DNA of 64,000 nt from the NCBI GenBank assembly GCA_016208765.1, contig JACQXK010000085.1:4814-68813 (forward strand), in the 5' to 3' direction. Position 1 is the stretch's first letter. Every line of letters begins with the position of its first letter. Both the position numbers and the translations under genes were made by a program. The notes beneath the pieces are model-generated. The model searched no databases and was not told the origin of the DNA. It saw only the letters and a program-made list of their open reading frames with translations. Shown one piece after another: positions 1 through 9,148 of the stretch. The DNA is from Candidatus Omnitrophota bacterium (GTDB taxonomy: Bacteria; Omnitrophota; Gorgyraeia; Gygaellales; Profunditerraquicolaceae).

Positions 1-2
1 GT

Positions 3-3000
3 TTAATAATTAATTTAATCTCTGCGTTAGAACAAATCACCGGTGTTGATGAAGCGGCAAATTTAGCAAGGAGTCATCTTGCCTCAGCTTTAAGCCAAGC
101 TTTATCCAATGATACCAATATCCACCTTGCCGTGGATCAAATAGACGGCTTGATTAGCATATTAAAACAAATTAATAATACTGATGAGACGGCAAATTTA
201 GCAAGGAGTAATCTTGCTTCAGCTTTAACACGAGCCTTATCCAATAATGCGAATATCCAGCTTACCGTGGATCAGATAGACGACTTGATTAGCATGTTAA
301 AACAAATTAATAATACTGATGAGGCGGCAAGAAAAGCAAGAAGTAATCTTGCTTCTTGCTTAGGGTGTGTTTTTATAAACAACAGGCAACTATTGAATAA
401 TGGGTTTTTATTAATAGGCTTCGATGCTTTATCGCAGTTTATCCAAACGAGGGATGATATAGAAAAAATAGGTAATGACCTGCTATGGGTTACTGACAGA
501 TGCCGGGGTGTTGAGAATCAAACAATGAATAGTTTAAAATCACTTTCTGCCATAATGAAAGAATATCCCCTTTTATTTAAAAGATTTATCAAGCCCGTTG
601 TGGCTAATCAAACTGTTGGCGCCTTTCTTTGTTTTCAAGAAGTAGTCAGGCTCTGGAGCAAAGATGCGATAAAGTCAGAAAGTGATCTGGATTTCTTAAG
701 AGAATTTATCCAGCAGAATCGGGTAAGAGCTTATGATTTGCTGAAAAATTTCATTGTGGAAGGCGTTAATAATGGGGTTATCCAGAAGCCGGTATCTGTG
801 GAAAAAGAAAAAATTAATGAATTCTTAAAAGACAACTCTTATGCCATTGTTGAGCTGTATAAAGCTTATAAAGATAATCCCCAAAATTTAAAAGCATTGG
901 TTAGTCGGTATGAAACTATTCATCAGGCAATCCTTAATGAAGATGCAGGTAAAGTTGAAAATGACCCATTCTTTTATGCTGTTTTAACGCATGTTTTTCC
1001 TCCCGAAACCACTGTTTCCAGGAACATGTATGGTGGAATTTATTCAAGTCGGCCTGACAGGCCTCAAGATACAGCAGGAATTCCTGATGATTTAACCAAA
1101 ACGCCTTTTTTTGCCGTCTCTACCGGACGATATATCTTAAAAGATCCCTCTAATCCATTAGATCAAACTCCCTGGATGACATTATTAGAAGTAATAAAGG
1201 AAGTTAATCCGCAGGAGAAAATTGTAGTTAATGAAAATGAGCTGGTGGAGATTGGCAGAAGGTTGCTTGAATATTGGCAAACAGGTGATCCAAATAGAGG
1301 GAGAAAGGAGCTGTTAAGGGAGCTCTATCGCTATTTCATTGCCAGCCGCGATATAAAGCTTCCAGATGCGCTTACCTCAATTAGAGAGATAATGGCTTTA
1401 AAAGAATTTGTTGGAGATACCTTGATGGATCTGATTGGCGACTGTACTGCCAAATACAGAGAGCAAAATCCGCAGCAATACCAAGCTTTGGTCAATAAGA
1501 TGTTTAAGGCAAGGTTAAATAATCCCAGAGGTAGTGCCAAGGCAATCCTTGGAGCAAGAAAAGCTCTTGCCAATAATCCAAATGAATTAAGAAATAGAGT
1601 TAAGAGTAATATCTTAAGAATAGAAGATGAATCAACCTTTGATATGCTCTGGGCTAAAATAGAGAACTTAACCGCTGAGAAAGAAATCACCAGAATCTTG
1701 GAAGAAATTACCTTTCAGGTCCAGCCAGGCAAAGAAGCGCTTATTATCTCCCAGCGCCTGCAGGGCTCTGAATATCAGGCAATGCAGAAAGAAGTATCAA
1801 CTAAATATGAATTCCAGGAAGGAAATAAGAAGGTTAGCTTGAGGATCTTACTCTCCAAGAGAAAAGCCCATGGTGTAGCTGGGTTAAATATGGGTGTTTG
1901 TGTGGCTCCTGATAAGGAATTATGGGGTAATCCTAACTTCTATAATGCCATTCTTTTTGATGAAAATGGTATTGCCCGTGGTGGTATGCATATACTGATA
2001 ATTGAAGATAGCGGAAAAAAATACCTTACTCTACCCGGGATTAACCCGCATACAACTCTTTTAATGAGAGTAGCAGCAGATGAAATTTACAGCAAGTTCG
2101 TATCCTATGCGCAGGCATTGGCAAAGCAGTTGGGTTGTGCAGGGGTCCTTATTCCGGAGAATCCCTCCATTCATTCCAATCGTTCGGAGATAAGGAGGGT
2201 AATTTCCGCGCGTAACTATGGAAAACAAACATTAAGTAAAATTCATCAATTTAGTTATTCACCCCATGGTTATCATTTTCAAACCTGTTTTTTTGTCCCG
2301 ATGTCCTCTGCGAGTTCTGCGGTTGAAAATGGAGTATTGACAGGCCCCAAGGTAGGAAAGTGGCATAGGGCAAATAGCAAATTGCAAAATCCAGATTCTT
2401 TGCTATCAGCCGAGGACTACGTTCCAGGCAGGGCCTCTTCGGCGGTGGAGAAAAAAACAGAAGCGAATACTAATTCTGCTAGGGGATTAGGGGACGGAGT
2501 AATTTTACGAAGCCAGGTGAAATATTATTTGTTGTCTTCCTTATCGCTTGCACTTCTTGGATTGGTAGTTTATCTAAATCCATTGAATTTATTTGGAACG
2601 GGATCGAGCTTTACGGCCGGAACTTACCCGCATTATATTAAACACCTTTTTAACCCTGCTGCGTCAACAGCTTTCTTCTGCTCAATAATATGGGGAATAG
2701 GTTTAGTCAAAGATTTTCTTAGGCCCGGTATCTTTATTAATAAAAGTAACGTGGACAGAGAATATGATGGCAGACGTTTTGTATTTAGAATAAGCTATCC
2801 CCTAATGACAATGTTTGAAATGGTGCGGGAGGTTGACAATGGAATAGATCTTATATTGACGTTAATTGGCGGTGCGTTAGGAATTGGTTGGGCCTATTAT
2901 ATTACATGGCGGATTGATAAAATATTGGGCTACACTCAAGATAAAGATAGCGCGTCTTCTACTTTGGGAAATCAATTGGATAATAATTCTGGTATTTCGA

Positions 3001-5093
3001 TTCCTCAACTAAATTTAGGGCAGGGCGAGGATGAAAATGGCGCGGAGGATGAAGTGGCGTCTTCGGCGGTAAAGAAAATTGTTCATGAGTCCCCATTGCT
3101 AAAACTCAGCGAAAAGGAAATCGCAGAAGCCAAGAAATTTATTGAGCAGCTTTCTGAAGGTAATCTATTTCTCCCGGATATTACCGAAGAATGGCGTTTA
3201 CAAGAAATTTCAGGAAGATATTTAAAGGCGCTTGAAGTTGAAAAACAAATTCTGCATGATAATTTAAATAAAGGAGGGGAAGGTACTTTCTCGCGGTATG
3301 GCGAACGTTACTTAGAAATTTCAAATTCAATATTTTTTCTACAATTATATTTTAGAGGAATTTTATTATCTTCTCGAGATCCTGCATATATAAGGGCATT
3401 AAAAATCTTACAGAAATTACTAGAAATAAATAGAATTGAAGGTAAGTATTATTTATTGGTTCCTAAGTCACTGCCACATCTGGGTTATCTATATACAATG
3501 GCGCAGAATACTTATCTTATGATTAGTGAGGATTTAATTTCTAGTTTAGATGATGATGGGCTTGCTTGGGTCATTGCTCATGAATTAGTACATTGCGAAA
3601 AGGGGCATTCAAGAAGCGGCCTACGTGCTATGGCATTATATGGAGATTATAGCCCTGACAATCTTGATTTTTGGTCAAATTTTCAACAATCACAAGAAAA
3701 AGAAGCGGATAGCATAGCTTTTGACTATGTCGTCAAGGCCGGATATAAAAGAGAATCTTGTATCAAGGCATTAGAAACGCTCGGAAGATTAGATATTGAA
3801 GCAGGTGCCTTTATTAAAAGTATCGTAGGCGAGAAAGCTGTTGAGCCTTCTGATAAGGTTCCCTTAAGGGCGCAGACTCATCCTCCGATACAAGAAAGAC
3901 TGGCTGTTTTAAGAAGAAAAATTTCCGCAGGCTCACCGATAACAGGCGACCGGGTACTGGCGACTGGTGGCGCGAGCGGCCCCTCGACTTCGGTCGGGGT
4001 AAACGCAGCCTCTTCGGCGGTTATAACACAGCAAGAGATAAAAGATGTAATTGAGGATATTAATAGGCTTTCAGGAAGAATTATATTTAAAGGTGAAGTA
4101 AGGGAACAGATTTCTAAAAAGATTTCCAGTATGGGTTTACTTAAAGGGAAAAGCTGTTTGGTGGTAGGGCCGGGTTTAAATGATTACTTGCCGGTAATGC
4201 TGTATAAGTTAGGATTGCAGTCTAGCATCATTGATACTAATGAATATGCAATACAGGAACAGAAGAAAATGTTTGCAAAATTTGGGATTGATGGAAGGAT
4301 TGATGTTTTTATTTCTTACGACGATGCTTGTTTGTTGGAGATGAGTAATAGTGTTTTTCCTATAGTCAGGCTTCTAAACTTTGATGGGGGGCGGATTTTT
4401 GTAAATCAGCACGCCCAAGTTTCGTTAGAGGATCAATATTCGCTAGAGGGCTCTGATTCTTTAAATTTCGCTAAGCTGATATATTATATAGATATGACGT
4501 TACAAGAATTTGGGGATATATATAAAGTAAAATTTTTTAAAGCTTCACAAGTGGATTTGGAGAATTTCCGTGTAGATGGCAGAGACTTGCGTGAACCAAG
4601 GCTTGGGGTAACTTTTGAGGCACATAAGAAATATTCCGCCGGCGCGGCGCCTGAGGCGGCCTCTTCGGCGGTGGAGATAAATAGCAAAGTTCAGGGACAG
4701 TCCCCTTTAAATGGCGCTGAAATAGCCCGGGCGGGGACAGTCCCTGTGAATACCGGTGGTATTGATTTTCGCGCGTTGCCTATCGTTACCCAAGCCATGA
4801 CTAATTTAGGCCTGCGAACTATTAGCTACGACTTAAGAGCTAAACTAAGTCATTTTGATGTGAATAAAGAATTAGCAGAAATTAACAGGCTTCTTGGCGC
4901 CGGCATTACGCCTTCCACTGACCGCCTCAAAGAATGCGCTCAGGCGGCATATTTATTTAATGGCCCTCCTGAAGAAAACGCTAAAATCCTCTCCTGCATT
5001 GCACAAGTGCTTAGGAAAGAGGAAGAGGCCTGTTGTAATACGGATCCTACCTTAAAAGATATTTTAGTAGTATTAGAGTCTGGAAGCGGTTAG
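3..5093 (+). CDS. Giant modular protein, 5'-truncated (frame is open from base 3; gene starts upstream of window). Has N-terminal 44-aa tandem repeats, central TM helices, an M48-type zinc metallopeptidase domain (HELVH ... EKEAD ... THPP), and 5 recurring ASSAV(E) linker motifs
   Basis: Same frame as the listed 132..5093 ORF has no stop back to base 3 and continues the repeat (..ANLARSHLASALSQALSNDTNIHLAVDQIDGLISILKQ). HExxH at 3579-3593, E-x-EAD about 3695-3710, THPP 3876-3887 match the M48 (HtpX/Ste24/BepA) signature. Hydrophobic helices about aa 790-900. Confidence 0.8.
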   Translation, partial: LIINLISALEQITGVDEAANLARSHLASALSQALSNDTNIHLAVDQIDGLISILKQINNTDETANLARSNLASALTRALSNNANIQLTVDQIDDLISMLKQINNTDEAARKARSNLASCLGCVFINNRQLLNNGFLLIGFDALSQFIQTRDDIEKIGNDLLWVTDRCRGVENQTMNSLKSLSAIMKEYPLLFKRFIKPVVANQTVGAFLCFQEVVRLWSKDAIKSESDLDFLREFIQQNRVRAYDLLKNFIVEGVNNGVIQKPVSVEKEKINEFLKDNSYAIVELYKAYKDNPQNLKALVSRYETIHQAILNEDAGKVENDPFFYAVLTHVFPPETTVSRNMYGGIYSSRPDRPQDTAGIPDDLTKTPFFAVSTGRYILKDPSNPLDQTPWMTLLEVIKEVNPQEKIVVNENELVEIGRRLLEYWQTGDPNRGRKELLRELYRYFIASRDIKLPDALTSIREIMALKEFVGDTLMDLIGDCTAKYREQNPQQYQALVNKMFKARLNNPRGSAKAILGARKALANNPNELRNRVKSNILRIEDESTFDMLWAKIENLTAEKEITRILEEITFQVQPGKEALIISQRLQGSEYQAMQKEVSTKYEFQEGNKKVSLRILLSKRKAHGVAGLNMGVCVAPDKELWGNPNFYNAILFDENGIARGGMHILIIEDSGKKYLTLPGINPHTTLLMRVAADEIYSKFVSYAQALAKQLGCAGVLIPENPSIHSNRSEIRRVISARNYGKQTLSKIHQFSYSPHGYHFQTCFFVPMSSASSAVENGVLTGPKVGKWHRANSKLQNPDSLLSAEDYVPGRASSAVEKKTEANTNSARGLGDGVILRSQVKYYLLSSLSLALLGLVVYLNPLNLFGTGSSFTAGTYPHYIKHLFNPAASTAFFCSIIWGIGLVKDFLRPGIFINKSNVDREYDGRRFVFRISYPLMTMFEMVREVDNGIDLILTLIGGALGIGWAYYITWRIDKILGYTQDKDSASSTLGNQLDNNSGISIPQLNLGQGEDENGAEDEVASSAVKKIVHESPLLKLSEKEIAEAKKFIEQLSEGNLFLPDITEEWRLQEISGRYLKALEVEKQILHDNLNKGGEGTFSRYGERYLEISNSIFFLQLYFRGILLSSRDPAYIRALKILQKLLEINRIEGKYYLLVPKSLPHLGYLYTMAQNTYLMISEDLISSLDDDGLAWVIAHELVHCEKGHSRSGLRAMALYGDYSPDNLDFWSNFQQSQEKEADSIAFDYVVKAGYKRESCIKALETLGRLDIEAGAFIKSIVGEKAVEPSDKVPLRAQTHPPIQERLAVLRRKISAGSPITGDRVLATGGASGPSTSVGVNAASSAVITQQEIKDVIEDINRLSGRIIFKGEVREQISKKISSMGLLKGKSCLVVGPGLNDYLPVMLYKLGLQSSIIDTNEYAIQEQKKMFAKFGIDGRIDVFISYDDACLLEMSNSVFPIVRLLNFDGGRIFVNQHAQVSLEDQYSLEGSDSLNFAKLIYYIDMTLQEFGDIYKVKFFKASQVDLENFRVDGRDLREPRLGVTFEAHKKYSAGAAPEAASSAVEINSKVQGQSPLNGAEIARAGTVPVNTGGIDFRALPIVTQAMTNLGLRTISYDLRAKLSHFDVNKELAEINRLLGAGITPSTDRLKECAQAAYLFNGPPEENAKILSCIAQVLRKEEEACCNTDPTLKDILVVLESGSG

Positions 5094-5243
5094 AGAGAAT
5101 TAGATTGCTTCGTCATCCTGCGTTGTGAAGCGACTCGCAATGACGAGACTGATGTTCCGCGCTCTTTAAAAACAAAAATAGGACATTTTAAAATTGTTAA
5201 AATAGTAAATTTTAATCTTGCTAGTACAAATTTTGAAAACTTC

Positions 5244-5272
5244 TTTACAAATTAAAATAACACCGCTATAAT
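5244..5272 (+). promoter_or_regulatory. sigma70-like promoter TTTACA-17-TATAAT upstream of hisG
   Basis: tttaca at 5244-5249, 17-nt spacer, tataat at 5267-5272; 47 nt upstream of hisG ATG. Confidence 0.5.
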
Positions 5273-5318
5273 ATTGCCTCGCAGAAGATTTTTCCATAAA
5301 TTTAAAAGGGAATTTATA

Positions 5319-6203
5319 ATGAATAAGAAAATACTTAAATTAGGTCTTCCTAAAGGAAGCCTGCAGGAATCCACCTTTAAGATGTTTAAAAAGGCCGGAT
5401 TTAATGTAAATTTATCCAACTCGCGTTCGTATTTTCCGTCGGTAGATGACACAGAGATTCAGGCGGTGCTGTTGCGCGCACAGGAAATGTCAAGATACGT
5501 GCAAGATGGTGCGCTTGACTGCGGGATCACCGGAAATGACTGGGTCCTGGAAAATAAATCAGATGTAGTTCGGGTAACCGACCTTGCTTATGCAAAACAG
5601 AGTTTGAATAAGGTGCGCTGGGTTTTGGCTGTGCCGCAGGATTCCGGAATTAAGTCAGTTAAGGACTTGCAGGGAAAACGCATTGCCACTGAATTAGTTA
5701 ATGTTACAAAAGAGTATTTTCAGAAAAATAAAGTTAAGGTTGAGGTAGAATTTAGCTGGGGCGCGACGGAAGTCAAGGTAAGCGGCGGCCTGGTGGATGC
5801 TATTGTAGAATTAACTGAAACCGGCTCAAGCCTGCGTGCAAATAAGCTGGTTGAAATTGCCACTCTCTGTGAATCCACAACACAATTTATTGCAAATAAA
5901 AATTCCTATAAAGACGCATGGAAAAAAGACAAGATGTCGCAGATCGCATTGCTTTTAAAAGGGGCGATTTCCGCCGAGGAGAAAGTCGGCCTGAAAATGA
6001 ATGTAAAAAAGCAGGATTTAAAAAAAGTGATTGCAGCCCTGCCTGCCTTAAGAAAGCCTACTATTTCCGGGCTATCTGACGACGGGTGGTGCGCTATTGA
6101 AACTATAATTGATGAAAAGATTGTGCGCGTGTTGATCCCTGAACTAAAGAAGCGCGGCGCACAGGGGATCATTGAGTATCCGTTGAATAAAGTGATTTAT
6201 TAA
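5319..6203 (+). CDS. hisG: ATP phosphoribosyltransferase, long form with C-terminal regulatory domain
   Basis: [15 protein letters not shown]... N-terminus typical of HisG; length about 295 aa; start chosen at internal Met 5319 rather than ORF-track 5274. Confidence 0.75.
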   Translation: MNKKILKLGLPKGSLQESTFKMFKKAGFNVNLSNSRSYFPSVDDTEIQAVLLRAQEMSRYVQDGALDCGITGNDWVLENKSDVVRVTDLAYAKQSLNKVRWVLAVPQDSGIKSVKDLQGKRIATELVNVTKEYFQKNKVKVEVEFSWGATEVKVSGGLVDAIVELTETGSSLRANKLVEIATLCESTTQFIANKNSYKDAWKKDKMSQIALLLKGAISAEEKVGLKMNVKKQDLKKVIAALPALRKPTISGLSDDGWCAIETIIDEKIVRVLIPELKKRGAQGIIEYPLNKVIY

Positions 6204-6225
6204 GGAGAAGTAAGCATGCCTTGTG

Positions 6226-6327
6226 GCCGTAAAAGAAAAAGACAAAAAATCAGGACCCATAAGAGGAAAAAGATGCGCCGCCGTCTGCGCCATCTGAAGA
6301 AGAGAGCTTGGGGTTAAACAGCAGGCG
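6226..6327 (+). CDS. 33-aa extremely basic mini-protein, bS22-like small ribosomal protein (MPCGRKRKRQKIRTHKRKKMRRRLRHLKKRAWG)
   Basis: ATG 6226 preceded by aaggag RBS; 33 codons to TAA 6325-6327; composition and pattern resemble bacterial bS22 (KKRRKRMSKKKHRKLLRR...). Below the 60-aa cutoff of the ORF track. Confidence 0.5.
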
Positions 6328-6341
6328 GGGTTAATTAAATT

Positions 6342-7319
6342 ATGCCTTCTTGCGGCAAGATATTCTTGACAAGGGTGTTTTTGTGCCTGCTTTTATCATG
6401 GGTCACAACAAGCGCCCTTGCTTTGGATAAAAAAGCTTCCTCCGGACTCACTCATTATATTATGGGTGTTGTTTATGAGGATCTTGGGGATATTGACGCA
6501 GCTATTGAAGAATATAAATCGGCCCTAAGGGCTGATTCTCAAAGCCCTTTAATCCACCTTAATCTCGCTGCAAGTTTAATCAAGAAGAATAATTTTGAGC
6601 AGGCGATTGATGAATTAAAAACAGCAGGCAAGCTTGATCCTGAGGCAGTTGAGCCGCATGCGATACTGGCTATTTTGTATACTTCGCAGGATAAATTGGA
6701 TTTAGCAGCAGCTGAATACGAGCTCGCTCTGAAAAACGCCTCTAAGCTGCAGCCTAAAAATATTGATATTTATAAAAGTCTTGCTTCAATTTATCTGCAG
6801 CAGGGAAAATATAAAGACGCAGAAGCAACTTACCGTCTGGTAATTGAGATCGCCCCAAAAGATGCCGAGGCTCATTTTTATCTGGGCAGCGTCTATTATG
6901 ATTTAAAGGATAAAGAAGCTGCCGAGAAAGAATTAAAGAAGGCAATTGAGTTAAAGCCGGATTATCATGAGGCGCTTAATTTCTTAGGCTATTTTTATGT
7001 AGAAGAAAACCGCAATCTGGCGCAGGCAGAAACAATGATCCGCAAGGCGATCGCGCTTGACCCTGAAAATGGAGCTTATGCAGACAGTTTGGGCTGGCTC
7101 TATTTCAAGAAAGGCAAGGTAAAAGAAGCGCTCAAGGAATTAGAGCGTGCTGGTTCGCTTTTGGCTGATCCGGTGATTTATGATCATTTAGGAGACGTGT
7201 ATTTAAAAACCGGCGATAAAGAAAACGCAAAGTTAAATTGGCAGAAATCCCTGCAGATGGACGCAAAGCAGGATAAGGTTAAAGAAAAATTAGAGAAGCT
7301 GGACAAGCTGGTTAAATAA
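6342..7319 (+). CDS. TPR-repeat protein with N-terminal signal peptide
   Basis: Hydrophobic N-terminus followed by multiple 34-aa TPR-like units (AIEEYKSALRADSQSP..., AEAHFYLGSVYYDLKD...). Confidence 0.7.
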   Translation: MPSCGKIFLTRVFLCLLLSWVTTSALALDKKASSGLTHYIMGVVYEDLGDIDAAIEEYKSALRADSQSPLIHLNLAASLIKKNNFEQAIDELKTAGKLDPEAVEPHAILAILYTSQDKLDLAAAEYELALKNASKLQPKNIDIYKSLASIYLQQGKYKDAEATYRLVIEIAPKDAEAHFYLGSVYYDLKDKEAAEKELKKAIELKPDYHEALNFLGYFYVEENRNLAQAETMIRKAIALDPENGAYADSLGWLYFKKGKVKEALKELERAGSLLADPVIYDHLGDVYLKTGDKENAKLNWQKSLQMDAKQDKVKEKLEKLDKLVK

Positions 7320-7322
7320 TAA

Positions 7323-8147
7323 ATGGCTGATTATTCTGTTGATAAAATAAAAGCATTAGAAGATAAAGCAAAACAAATCCGCAGGCTCATTGTATCAATG
7401 TTAGTCAAGGCCGGATCAGGCCATCCCGGAGGAAGCCTTTCCTCAACTGATTTAATTACTGTTTTATTTTATTCTGTGTTGCGGCATAATCCCAAGAACC
7501 CATCGTGGCCGGAACGCGACCGTTTTCATATGTCTAAAGGGCATTGCTGCCCGTTGTGGTATGCTGTGCTTGCTGATTCCGGATATTTTCCGCAGGAGAA
7601 ACTCTGGACATTGAGGCAATTAGGGTCAATGTTGCAGGGGCATCCTGACAGGCGCACCCCGGGAGTAGAGGTTTCAAGCGGGTCTCTTGGCCAGGGGCTC
7701 TCGGTGAGCCTTGGAATGAGCCTGGCTGCCCGGCTTGATAAACGCGATTCCCGGATATATGTCCTGATGGGAGACGGAGAAACTCAGGAGGGAAATATCT
7801 GGGAAGCAGCTATGGCTTGCAGCCATTATAAGTGCGATAATATTTGCGGTATCCTTGATTATAATGGTTTTCAGATTGATGGCAAAATTTGCCAGGTGAT
7901 GGCGCTTGAACCTTTGGCAGCAAAGTGGCAGGCATTTGGTTGGCATACGATTGAGATTAACGGGCATAATGTTAAAGAAATACTTTCTGCTTATGCTGAA
8001 GCGAAGATGGTCAAGGGAAAACCGACGATAATTATCGCCCATACAGTAAAAGGCAAGGGCGTTTCTTTTATGGAGAATGTCTGTGATTTTCATGGCCGCG
8101 CTCCGACAAAGGAAGAGGCGGAAAAGGCGTTAAAGGAACTGGAATAA
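7323..8147 (+). CDS. Transketolase, N-terminal (TPP-binding) subunit of split transketolase
   Basis: GHPGGSLS and GDGE(TQ)EG motifs; about 274 aa, typical split-tkt A subunit. Confidence 0.85.
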   Translation: MADYSVDKIKALEDKAKQIRRLIVSMLVKAGSGHPGGSLSSTDLITVLFYSVLRHNPKNPSWPERDRFHMSKGHCCPLWYAVLADSGYFPQEKLWTLRQLGSMLQGHPDRRTPGVEVSSGSLGQGLSVSLGMSLAARLDKRDSRIYVLMGDGETQEGNIWEAAMACSHYKCDNICGILDYNGFQIDGKICQVMALEPLAAKWQAFGWHTIEINGHNVKEILSAYAEAKMVKGKPTIIIAHTVKGKGVSFMENVCDFHGRAPTKEEAEKALKELE

Positions 8148-8150
8148 ATA

Positions 8151-8189
8151 TTGATTAATTGGTGAGTGGTGAGTAGGCCAATTAATCAA
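8151..8189. other. Perfect 12-bp inverted repeat (TTGATTAATTGG / CCAATTAATCAA) hairpin between the two transketolase subunit genes
   Basis: Left arm 8151-8162, right arm 8178-8189, 15-nt loop; no downstream T-run. Confidence 0.6.
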
Positions 8190-8206
8190 TTAACTAATTA
8201 ACCAAA

Positions 8207-9133
8207 ATGGAACAATTATATCAAAGAGATGTTTATGGCCAGTCACTTGTGGAATTAGGCAAGTTGAATAAGGATATTGTGGTTTTAGACGCGGATCTGT
8301 CCAGCTCTACCCGCACCGGATTATTTGCCAAGGAATTTCCTGAGCGTTTTTTTAATTTTGGTGTTGCTGAGCAGAACATGATTGCTTCTGCTGCAGGTTT
8401 TGCTGCAAGCGGAAAAATAGTTTTTGCTTCAACTTTTGCGATATTTGCCACCGGCCGCGCCTGGGATCAGGTAAGAAATTCAGTTTGTTACAGTAACCTT
8501 GATGTTAAAATTGTAGCCACGCATGCCGGAGTTTCCGTCGGGCCGGACGGAGCAAGCCATCAGGCGTTAGAAGATATTGCTTTGATGCGGGTGATCCCAA
8601 ATATCAAAATTATTGTGCCTTGCGACGGGCCGCAGGCGCGCGATGCGGTTATTGCCGCGGCAAACAATAAGGGCCCATTTTATGTGCGCTTGGGCAGGCC
8701 GAAAATCCCTACTATAGAAAATAAAGGCGAGTTTAAGTTGGGTAAAGCGCAGGTGTTAATTGACGGAACCGATGTTACTGTTGTTGCTTGCGGGATTATG
8801 GTGGCAGAGGCATTGGCAGCAGTTAATGAACTGGCAAAAAAAGGTATTAAAGCCCGCCTGATCAATGTGCATACTATACGGCCGTTAGATGCTGAGGTAA
8901 TTTTAAAAGCTGCAAAGGAAACCAAAGCAATAGTGGTTTGCGAGGAGCATTCAGTTATCGGTGGTTTAGCCTCCAGTATTGATGAAGTAGTGGCGGAAAA
9001 CTATCCGGTTAAGGTTGTGCGCGTGGGTGTGAGAAATAAATTCGGCCAGTCAGGCGATCCTTTAAGCCTTTTAAAAGAATATAACTTGACCAGCTCAGAT
9101 ATTGAAAAAGCGGTAATGTCCAGTATTGCTTGA
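8207..9133 (+). CDS. Transketolase, C-terminal (pyrimidine-binding) subunit
   Basis: FNFGVAEQNM, ATHAGVSVGPDGASHQ motifs typical of transketolase central/C-terminal domains. Confidence 0.85.
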   Translation: MEQLYQRDVYGQSLVELGKLNKDIVVLDADLSSSTRTGLFAKEFPERFFNFGVAEQNMIASAAGFAASGKIVFASTFAIFATGRAWDQVRNSVCYSNLDVKIVATHAGVSVGPDGASHQALEDIALMRVIPNIKIIVPCDGPQARDAVIAAANNKGPFYVRLGRPKIPTIENKGEFKLGKAQVLIDGTDVTVVACGIMVAEALAAVNELAKKGIKARLINVHTIRPLDAEVILKAAKETKAIVVCEEHSVIGGLASSIDEVVAENYPVKVVRVGVRNKFGQSGDPLSLLKEYNLTSSDIEKAVMSSIA

Positions 9134-9148
9134 GATTTTAATATAGTA

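Noticed and set aside
1331-1690. Minus-strand ORFs (1331..1690, 4484..4687) inside the giant plus-strand gene
   Set aside because: They are antisense to a long ORF with clear protein motifs and have no RBS or domain signal, so they are treated as shadow ORFs.
5094-5170. Imperfect inverted repeat (tcgtcat...atgacga) downstream of the giant gene
   Set aside because: It has only a 7-bp stem with a 23-nt loop and no T-run, so it is not convincing as a terminator.
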